A stretch of DNA of 9,684 nucleotides from Azolla caroliniana (lineage: Eukaryota > Plantae > Polypodiophyta), in contig JBHGNT010001342.1 of NCBI GenBank assembly GCA_043228905.1, forward strand, positions 1 to 9,684. Reading direction: 5' to 3'. Position 1 is the first letter of the stretch. The number at the start of each line of letters is the position of its first letter. Shown one piece after another: positions 1 to 8,021 of this stretch. Under the pieces are notes generated by a model. That model saw nothing but the letters and a program-made list of their open reading frames with translations. It searched no databases and was not told the origin of the DNA. The position numbers and the translations under genes are program-made.

Positions 1-2
1 AA

Positions 3-2525
3 TTCGTGGCCATCAGCCACGAAGCATGGGAGGAGCCCACATCGCCTTCACCCCCTGCCGCCGACCAGAAAACCGCATCTACTCCACCACCCGCCCAACC
101 CCAACAAAAAAGGGTAGTTTCCGAGACCTGCCAAGAAGGGGAGGGGGAGGTAGCCCCGGCAGACAACACGGCCGATGACGTCACCATTCGACAGCCAACG
201 TTCCGCCCCTCGGTAACGTCCCCAGGACCTAGCCCACGCTCCAACACACAGCAGGTTGCACCACCAAGACCCCAAAAAAGGAAGCAGGCGGAGGAAACGA
301 CACTACCGGCCCCGGAACCCCAAACACAACCAAGCAAAAGAAGACGACTCAACCGCGAGTCCTCGGAAGAACAGAAGGAGCCACATCAGGAGCAAGCCTT
401 AGTGGTCAGACAGAGCAACCTGGCCATCACCCCTGCGGAGGCATCGTTGAACCAGGGAACGATCGAGCATGGGCAGACAACACAGATCTCAGAGGATGAA
501 GTCCTCGAGTATAAGGACCTCCCCGCAGAGGCTTACGAATTTAGTGCGCTCCTCCGCCTCGGTACGTCATTCGAGCTGGTCGACTTCCTCGCCAGAGCCC
601 AAGTCGCGGCAGCCGCTCGGATGGCGGAAGAGCACGCCGAAACAAAAATGATTCAACGCGCGCTAATAGGTAAAATTGAACCCCAGGAGGACAGGGCTTT
701 ACAAAAAATCGGGAGGAAGAAGCAGGCAAAACAGGCCGCTCTCCTCATGGAGATCCCCGAGTTGAATACGGCCCTTATCGAGGCATATTGGGACCTGGAT
801 CGCACTACTCGGGCAGCCAAAGACATGGCCCGAAAGATAAAAGTAGCCCAAAAATAGGCTAAGATGTCTACAGAACTATGGCACGCTGCGAACCAGAAGC
901 TGGCAGCCTGGGAGCAAAACCGGCTGGAACAACAAGTCCCGAGCTTTCCAGTAACGACCACCGAGGCCCTCCCAGCACCTCCACGCATAACGATGATGGA
1001 TGAAAGCACCATCACCGACTCCATCCTGAAGGTGTAGGCCAGTACACAAACGGACTCGTTACAAATGGTCAATGCCTGCACAACAACCGAGGCGGCCACG
1101 ACCGTGGAGCAAACCGAACTACCCACACCGCGTGCAACCAAGGAGGTGGCAACCCAGACAGAACCCCCGCTTCGGGATTACCATGTGGAGCTTAAAGAAG
1201 AACAACGGCGAACCGAGAGACACGAGCAACGAAATCAAGAGGCGATGGCTCGCCTAAAAGAAGAAGCTTCCAAGCAGATGGCCGAGATAAGAGGCCAGGC
1301 CGACCAAAGGATACACGAGCAGAACGAAGCACTAGGCCGGGTACAAGCGCAAGCCGCGGCCAAGGAAGCCGAACTCAAAAGCAAGCTGGAGGAATACGCA
1401 GCCATAGTGGTGAAGAAAGAGACGGAGGTTCTAGACCTACAGGCCGCACTCGACAATGCACACGACTGGAACCAGCGGCAGGAGGAAAGAAATCGTGAAC
1501 GGGAGGAGAGGATGAACGCGGAGAATGTCGAGCTGCAGAGTCAGCGTACGACCCTTAAAGAGATGGCTGACGATTTTTTCATCAAATGCAAGCTACTTTC
1601 GGAGCAAAATGACGCCTTATCGGATTCCTACTTCGCCCTTCAAGAAGAGAGAATCGTCGAACGGGAACAAATTCGGGCCACGTGTCAGAAAGAACGGGAG
1701 CAGGCCACCGAAGAACTCACCAAGCGTTACGAGCAGGCTCTCCAGCTCGTAACCGCGGATGCAAAGAACAGTTAGGCCATCTATGAGCTAAGGACACAGA
1801 AGATTCAGGCCGAGGTCGACGGCTTAAAACAGGAATTAGCAGCCATCCGAGCACAGCCCGGCATGGATGAGACACGCATCCACATACTGCTCGAGAAACA
1901 GCGCCAACACCTTACCAAAAAGGTCGAGGAAACATTAAGTCGCGCAGGAGACGAATGGGCAGCCCAAGCTGCCGAATTGCATATTTTACGCGCCGACGCC
2001 GAGAACCGACGGAAGGAGGGCCGCGGCTTCTACAAAATGGACAAAGCCAGCATTCAAAACCTGCGTGCAGATTTAACCAAGGATTACCAGTCCCTGGCAA
2101 AATCTCACACCGCGGCAATCGAGCAAATAATGGAGGACTTCAATGACGGTCAGATGCTGTTTCGCTTGGAAGCAGAAGGCTTCGAACGAGAACGACTCGC
2201 AGCCATCCCCACCAGCCCTCCAACGGCCACAGAGCAGAAAGAAGAACCTCCCAGCGAGGAGATCACGGACACGGCACAGGAGGAACTTGCCTTGGCCAAC
2301 AGACATCCCATGGACATCCACACGGTACCAAAGCCTGTCGAAGGAGAGGCCAGCGGCCACGAACCCACACCCCCACCAGAAGAATCGGCCGCACCCGAGG
2401 CAGACACCCGAAAAGATATGCCACCCCCGAACCAAACTCAACCCCCCGCACCGACAGTCCAACCAGACCACCCTGCCAACACCCCGGACCCCGAAAGCAT
2501 CCTCGACATCTTAAAGGAGGAATGA
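3..2525 (+). pseudogene. Accessory ORF of element A (>840 codons, open at the window start): Pro/Gln-rich disordered N-part, long coiled coil, acidic/Pro-rich tail; interrupted by 3 in-frame TAG stops
   Basis: ORFs 6-857, 1065-1775 and 1863-2525 share one frame. The gaps translate openly (AKMSTELWHAANQKL...ILKV*ASTQTDSLQ and *AIYELRTQKIQAEVDGLKQEL...) apart from TAGs at 855, 1035 and 1773. No frameshifts seen. Confidence 0.85.
2513..2522 (+). other. Polypurine tract (PPT) of element A
   Basis: AAAGGAGGAA directly before TG at 2523. It also encodes the last codons of the ORF (LKEE*). Confidence 0.6.
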
Positions 2526-3076
2526 AACGAGGATCATGCCTAAAAGGCAATTTTTGTAATATTGTTAGTATTTTGTAAGTCGTGGGTCCGACGGAAAAGG
2601 TCTTGTCCCACGGGCGTGCCAGGTGTTGTCCAGAGGACAGAAATGTAAAATTAGGAAATTAGCAAACGCCAAGGCCGAGTATCACGGGCCACCGATGGCT
2701 CGACGGTGTGTTAGGGGAAAAGTTATTTAAATGAGGAGCAGTACCTCAGAAAGGGAGAGAAGAAAATTATAGGCGGAAGCACTAGCTTAGTCACTCGTAT
2801 TAGATAAACTCGTAGGGTCACCGGCCATAGGCGGTGTTCTGTAATCCTTTTTTACCATAGTAATATATCTTAATTGCGCCTATTTTGCTGCATGAGTCTG
2901 TGTTTCGATCTATACCTATGAGTTTCACGCCGCCACGTCTATCAAAACCTCGCTAGTGTTTTCTCTCTGAGCCCTGTATCTCTCTTGACGCCTCTGTACG
3001 AGCCGGCACGTACCATGCCCTTGAGACCGATAGACGCAGATCTATTGAAGGTGTTCACCCAAAGGAACGGGTAACA
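2523..3076 (+). repeat. 3' LTR of element A (~554 bp)
   Basis: TG...CA termini, TATA-like TATTTAAA at 2724-2731 followed by a GA-rich tract. Right boundary coincides with the interruption of B pol; left boundary is less certain because no second LTR is available. Confidence 0.7.
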
Positions 3077-3201
3077 CTTACCATGACTTGGGCTAGGAAC
3101 ACATTGCTAGCTTGCTTGGAGGGAATGGAACCACTAATGGGTTGTACAGATCTAGGACTGTCCAACCAAACGGCTCCGATTTTGGCTGGATTCAATCGTT
3201 T
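3077..3201 (-). pseudogene. pol: Start of pol of element B (-1 frame, region before the protease), truncated by insertion of element A
   Basis: The -1 frame reads KRLNPAKIGAVWLDSPRSVQPISGSIPSKQASNVFLAQVMV with no stop up to the A LTR junction. The protease motif itself is not in the window. Confidence 0.65.
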
Positions 3202-3204
3202 AAT
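3161..3204 (-). promoter_or_regulatory. Putative -1 programmed ribosomal frameshift signal (A_TTA_AAC heptamer, 7-nt spacer, 10-bp stem-loop)
   Basis: Minus strand reads ATTAAAC GATTGAA TCCAGCCAAA-ATCGGAGCCG-TTTGGTTGGA (10-bp stem, one G:U). gag TGA is at 3192-3194; the -1 frame is closed by TGA at 3208-3210. Confidence 0.75.
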
Positions 3205-4326
3205 TCTTCACCTAATTGACTAAGGATTTCAAATTTGTTTGAGATACTTGTGCTATTAGTACTATTAATACTATCAGACACTCTATTAGTACTATGAATA
3301 CTATTAGACACTCCTAAGGGAAGAATTGACTCGGGTTTAGTACAGGCCACGATTTGATTTACCTATCTTCTTGGCCTGTGGGGACAATTGATTGCGATAT
3401 GCCCTGGTCCACCGCAATAAAGACATAATAAATTTGCACGACGTCGTTGCTTTTCTTCTTCCGATAACGGGCTACGTCGATGCATGGTGTCAATCTCCAT
3501 CGGTGTCGGAGTATTTGCTTGGGGTACGTCGCGTGCGAATGCTTTAGCCATGATTGAGGCATATGTGGGCTCCGGCCTAGAGCGTGGTATTTGTAATTGA
3601 CATTTGGAATGCCGTTCGAAAAGGCGGTTGTCACATCGGACTATTCGACTGATTGCCTCCGTAAGAGACTTTGGTTCTTCGGGGAAGGTTAAAAGTAAAT
3701 CTTTTACATCGTTTCGCACGCTGTAGCGAAATTGCTCCATTAATGCCTGATCATCCCAGGGGATATCGGAGGCGAGTAGACAAAAATCCGCCGCGTAGGC
3801 AGAGGCTGGATGATCGCCTTGACGCAATCGTCGGATCTTGTTGATCGCCGTCCTGATGCTGTCGGTGTCTCCAAAGCAAGCTTTAAACTCACTAATAAAA
3901 TCTTCAAAGCTATTAAGTAAGGGCGATTGTTTTTCTAGAAGCGGAGTGAACCATGCTAAGGTTGAGCCGCTAAGCAACGTGCCTAGTAGGCCGACTCGGG
4001 ATGCATCAGTGGGGTATAGGGAAGGATGCATTTGGACAACTAATCGTACCTGATTAAGGAATCCCCTGAATTGCGATCGCGTTCCATCAAATTTCACAGG
4101 AAGTCTAATCTTTGGCTCTTTATGACATCCTTGGGGACTTGATCCTTGTTGTTGCAATGTTGCTTCGAGTTGTTGTACTCATAATGCTAACTCCCCATGT
4201 TGTTGCTGCGTTTGTTGTTTTTGTAGAGCGATTTGTTGTAGATCCCCTATCAACTGTTGGTTTTCTTGTTCCAAGGCAACAAATTTTTCTTTTTGGCACT
4301 GTAGCTCGGAGAAAAACAATAGCCAT
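3192..4326 (-). pseudogene. gag: gag of element B (N-terminal coiled coil, retrotransposon capsid domain, CCHC zinc knuckle, Ser/Asn-rich tail)
   Basis: ORFs 4179-4394 and 3363-4157 are in frame (TGA at 4179, TAG at 3363) and the frame continues VNQIVAC...SNKFEILSQLGEELND* to 3192. Knuckle CLYCGGPGHIAINC. The probable ATG at 4326 is out of frame by 1 nt in a T run (inferred). Confidence 0.9.
3253..3312. repeat. 2 x 30-bp tandem duplication in the gag tail
   Basis: CTATTAGTACTATTAATACTATCAGACACT / CTATTAGTACTATGAATACTATTAGACACT (28/30 identical), frame-preserving. Confidence 0.95.
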
Positions 4327-4382
4327 AGTATAGGGAAAAGGGTAGGAGGATGAGGGAGAACGACAAGTAGGCTTGAGGACCA

Positions 4383-4394
4383 AAATTGGTTCAA
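4383..4394 (-). other. Non-tRNA primer-binding site of element B (putative self-priming)
   Basis: TTGAACCAATTT 2 nt inside the LTR end with no TGG start; exact reverse complement of minus-strand LTR sequence AAATTGGTTCAA at 4608-4619. Confidence 0.75.
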
Positions 4395-4396
4395 AC

Positions 4397-4836
4397 TGTC
4401 AGGAATAGTACTAAGTAGAGAGAGAATTGGTACTAAAGAAGAGAAGTACTATTAGTACTAAGAGGATGGGACTGTGTAAGATTCCCGAGAGAGAAAGAGA
4501 GAAGAGGAGAGAGAGATAGCGAGGATGAGAGAGAGAGGGATGATGATAACAGCTAATATATTATGTGAAGGATAAGTCCAAAGTGGCTAAGAGGCTTAAG
4601 ACTGGCGTTGAACCAATTTGGTTCAAAACAATGCCTTGTGCCTCCTTTTATAGTGCTCTTAGGAGTAGTCTTGAAGCTTCTAGAATGTTCTAGCGAAATC
4701 TGGAATATACATTAATTTCTTATAATAAAACATAAATGAAAATAATATCCTACAAAATACAATAGATGGTGTGATAATTAAGAGCTCGACCCATATACAA
4801 TAAGGTCATGGGTTCGAGTCTTGCCATATCATGACA
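4397..4836 (-). repeat. 5' LTR of element B (440 bp)
   Basis: TGTCA...TGACA inverted termini, TATAAAA at 4646-4652, CT-rich R/U5 (about 4488-4540). Copia coding sequence begins at 4837. Confidence 0.9.
4646..4691 (-). promoter_or_regulatory. LTR promoter of element B: TATA box plus perfect 4-unit heat-shock element
   Basis: TATAAAA (4646-4652, minus strand) and GAAgcTTCtaGAAtgTTC (4673-4690) 20 bp upstream. Confidence 0.75.
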
Positions 4837-5578
4837 TCCGCTCGACATTGCCAACTAACAACAAGCTATCCAAGAGAAAATGTTCGAAGACAAAGACGGA
4901 GAAGGTTTTTATGATGAAGGTCCTCTATGCCTCAACAGCCAGAAGCCTTCTGTATACGATGGTATGTACCAAGTTGGACATCGGATACGTGGTCGAAGTC
5001 GTCTGCCGACTGTGTGCCTCTGATACTCTAGGGTTGCAGTCTAGTGGATACTCTAGTACCTAAGAGGCACCTCTAGTGTGTGCCTGCGATTCAGCTCAAG
5101 TAACCCTTTGCTTGAAGGTTTTACTAACTCAAACATGTCGACTGATGTGGATACCAGCTGGTCCACATCCCAGTAAGTAATGACATATGCAGGGGGAGCC
5201 ATCTTGTGGCAATCGAGGTTGCAGAAGGTTGTCGCACTATCAACTACGGAAGCGGAGTATATGGCCACGATAGAAGCCAACAAGGAGATAATCTAGATGA
5301 AGGAGTTCATCAGAGAGTCGGGGATTCAGCAAGAAGATTTCTGACTCTATTGCGACAACCAAAGTGTCATTCCCTTATGAAGAATGCCGCCTACCAGTCG
5401 AGGACCAAACACATGCAGAGAAGATACCACTGGCTTAGGGTGACGGTGGAAGAAAAGGATTTTGGTTTGATGAAGATCCACACGGAAGGAAATGGATCCG
5501 ACATGAGTGTTGTTGGCAGAGAAGTTGAGTGTGTGCCGACAAAGAGTTAGACTAGTGAACTACCCCATCTCGGAGTGA
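4837..5578 (+). pseudogene. pol: Ty1/copia (Tnt1/Tork-like) reverse transcriptase C-terminus and RNase H, degenerate
   Basis: Decayed motifs KVLYASTARSLLYTMVCTKLDIGY (cf. VPYASAVGSLMYAMVCTRPDI), YLRGT, GGAILWQSRLQKVVALSTTEAEY, LYCDNQS, SRTKHMQRRYHWLR, KIHTEGNGSDM; several stops and frameshifts. Confidence 0.93.
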
Positions 5579-5586
5579 AGGGGGAG
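5577..5586 (+). other. PPT of element C
   Basis: GAAGGGGGAG, 2 nt before TGTTAGA. Confidence 0.9.
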
Positions 5587-5588
5587 TT

Positions 5589-6165
5589 TGTTAGAAAACA
5601 GGTCCCTCCGGATGGGAAGTAAGCACGAATCGGATTAGAGTCCGGAGAACCATCCATGGATAAGGAGGAGTCATAACTGGATGGAGGAGCACGAGCTAGA
5701 TCAGATAGATCTGAAGTAGAAGGAAACCATATCCAGAGCCAGATCGGATTCGGAAACACGTCCAATAGGATCCGGATGAAGCATTCGGAAATGGCTAATT
5801 TTCTAAAATGGTTTCGTAATGCCTATTTAGGCCAGATTTGTAAATAACCCAAAAAGTTGTATTAGTATAAATACAACTAGGACGGAACTTTTTTGTGTGA
5901 GAAGAAACATTAAGTGTATAGGAGAGTGTGAGCGAGAGAGTGTAGTATATCTATAACCGTCGAGCTGACGAAGAAGAACTCAAGGTAGTTGCCTTAGAGT
6001 TTCTTATTTGTATTCCTCCTGCATATATTGACATGGTTTTGTGGACTCCCATGGTTTTTCCCATTCAAGGTTTTCCACGTTAAAATCTTGTGTCTATACG
6101 TTTAGTCCTCTGTTATTCACTCTCGCGCTTGAAGTTTGGTTGTGGCCAAACCCATTGATCTAACA
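5589..6165 (+). repeat. 3' LTR of element C (577 bp)
   Basis: Perfect 7-bp terminal inverted repeats TGTTAGA...TCTAACA, TATAAATA at 5866-5873, GGTTTTCCACGTTAAAA near the 3' end. Confidence 0.9.
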
Positions 6166-8021
6166 ATCAACCCAAACATATTAGTTATATGGTTCATGCT
6201 TGTAAAACATCTCCAAAACTCATTCCACCACATACATTAAGATCATGATCCTGGAGCTTTAGGGAACTAAAGCTTTTGTTTTTGCTGAGGTATTGATAAT
6301 AGGAATTGACCCATGTTCGCAATCACAATTTGTCTCATGGATCAATTTTGGCCTCTAGTAGACTTGAATGTATCGATCTTTCTTCTCTCCCAATCGCCAT
6401 AACTTTGGTAATATACTTGTAATAGCTTGCCTATGATTCTTGCGAAGACTCAAGGGATTAGTGTTCTATTGCAAGTTGGAGTTAACTTATCAATGTTTTT
6501 CAATGTGATATCTTTTGAACATCACCTAGTAGTTCAGATCTCTACCTAGTTTAGAATATTGGTCAAATACCGTTGCTTCTTATGAAATTGAAATCTTGTG
6601 TGCTAGGTATGTATGTACTCGACATGTGTTTTGTAATAGGGCAATGATGACTCAGAGGTACATAGTGCATCGAGTATTAAGAACAATGTTATGTTGTTAT
6701 GGCTCATCCTCCATTGTGAGGCCCATTAGCAAGTCATGTTGACTTGCAAGCCCATTAGTTCTTCTACCATCTTTTTCTTCCTTTCCTTTAGATAGAACAA
6801 CTACTGTTTCTTTTCTTCTTTAAGATTGTCCGAGATTGAAGTGAGCTTGTGCCATTTCAGTGGAGGCATCATCTGTTTGACCTATTTTTGATTTGTCCCT
6901 AAAGGCTTCTCGTGGAACAAGGCACCATTTCTCACAAATCAATGATCATTTTACAATTTTTACTATTGGGTAGTGATATTGGTTTTTTGTTCCATTAGAA
7001 TGATGTTGGTGACGGTCGACGATTTGAAGTTTTCCCCATTGTTTGGTGATTGTGAAACTTCAAGGACATCTTTGATAATGACTCTTAATTTGAAAACTGA
7101 CTAATCTTTAAAAACCTCCACTTAAAAACTCTATCAATAAGCTCAGAGTGGGTACCCCAAGGGTCAATGCATAAGAATTCGCAATTTCTCGGGGCATAGT
7201 ACCACAACTAAGGAAATCGTAATCAACACATTGTATTACAAAAGCTTGGCTTTTCGAAAACAAATGTGTGTGAGTTTGGTCGGCATCATGATCATCATGA
7301 CATGCGCATGGCACAATTATTCCAGAGCATATCAATGTTGTGGCACTTCATCAAGATCTCCCTTCCCATCTCCATCTTAGACTTTAACCGCCAAGCATTC
7401 GTCCGCATCAATGACTTGGAGTCATGATGCAAGTTCCTTGTTCAACTTAACTACAACATGTGTAATATACTTAACTTATGCAAGCTAGTATTCATTTACC
7501 TCTAGCTACTCTTTGAAAACCTTCATTACCATTTTGCCATTTCATGAAGAGTATCAACTTAGAAACCTATTAGTTACCCAGAAGAGCGGGGGCAGTGCAT
7601 ATGAAATATTTGACCCCAAATTGTGCAAACATTGGAAATATGTGTGATGGCATACAAGCCAATTGTGGTGCATAGTACCTTAGTTTTGTCTTACATCATT
7701 CATTAAGGACATAGTGTCAAATTTGAGGCTATTCCAAGCACTTAAGATGTCCATATTCCTTAGAATGAAGACATTGCTTGCATTCATACGTAATATTCAC
7801 ATTCTTTTGCTCAAACATTCGTTTTCATACGTTTGCAAACAAATGGGTATGTTATGAAAACATACTTGTGTTTTTTTCTTTTTGATGTTTCTTTTTTCTC
7901 ACTTTATTACCTTAAAAAAAGTTGTATCTTAGTAAATAATGAATATAAAAGTATGGACCTATTTACCATACTTTGAGCATGTTAAACATACTTGTTCATG
8001 AAGAATTTCCGTCAACTTCTT

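Larger units (their letters stand above)
1..3076 (+). mobile_element. Element A: 3' end of an LTR retrotransposon (probably Ty3/gypsy) with a large accessory ORF, PPT and 3' LTR; inserted into element B
   Basis: Long ORF, purine tract AAAGGAGGAA, then TG(2523)...GGGTAACA(3076). Element B's pol frame is cut exactly at 3076/3077. No RT/IN in the window, so the superfamily is inferred. Confidence 0.75.
3077..4836 (-). mobile_element. Element B: 5' part of a Ty3/gypsy retrotransposon of the Tf1/sushi (chromovirus, Tcn1-like) type; inserted into copia element C
   Basis: LTR TGTCATGA...TCCTGACA, PEG10/sushi-like gag (EPKIRLPVKFDGTRSQFRGFLNQ), CX2CX4HX4C knuckle, -1 frameshift arrangement, non-tRNA PBS. 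Confidence 0.9.
4837..6165 (+). mobile_element. Element C: 3' end of a Ty1/copia retrotransposon
   Basis: RT-RNaseH remnant, PPT and 3' LTR in canonical order. Confidence 0.92.

Noticed and set aside
3-2525. Host myosin/SMC/tropomyosin-like gene or retroviral env
   Set aside because: Intronless and ends at a PPT/LTR; no motor or ATPase motifs; no transmembrane segment. Coiled-coil similarity is generic.
48-2550. Many overlapping short ORFs on both strands (e.g. 653-1141 -, 2073-2471 -, 2143-2514 +)
   Set aside because: Shadow frames of the GC-rich long ORF with no recognisable motifs.
3253-3312. CRISPR-like repeat
   Set aside because: Two adjacent units with no spacer, inside a eukaryotic gag.
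4764-4830. Functional tRNA gene
   Set aside because: Acceptor, D and anticodon stems do not pair convincingly; kept only as a tRNA-like remnant.
4821-5063. ORF 4821-5063 as an intact gene
   Set aside because: Chimeric: starts inside B's LTR and runs into decayed copia RT.
7108-7335. 75-aa minus-strand ORF as a gene
   Set aside because: No recognisable domain; length compatible with chance.
7283-7425. CATG/ATGA-rich short palindromes
   Set aside because: Short, low-complexity and expected from CpG decay; no larger structure.
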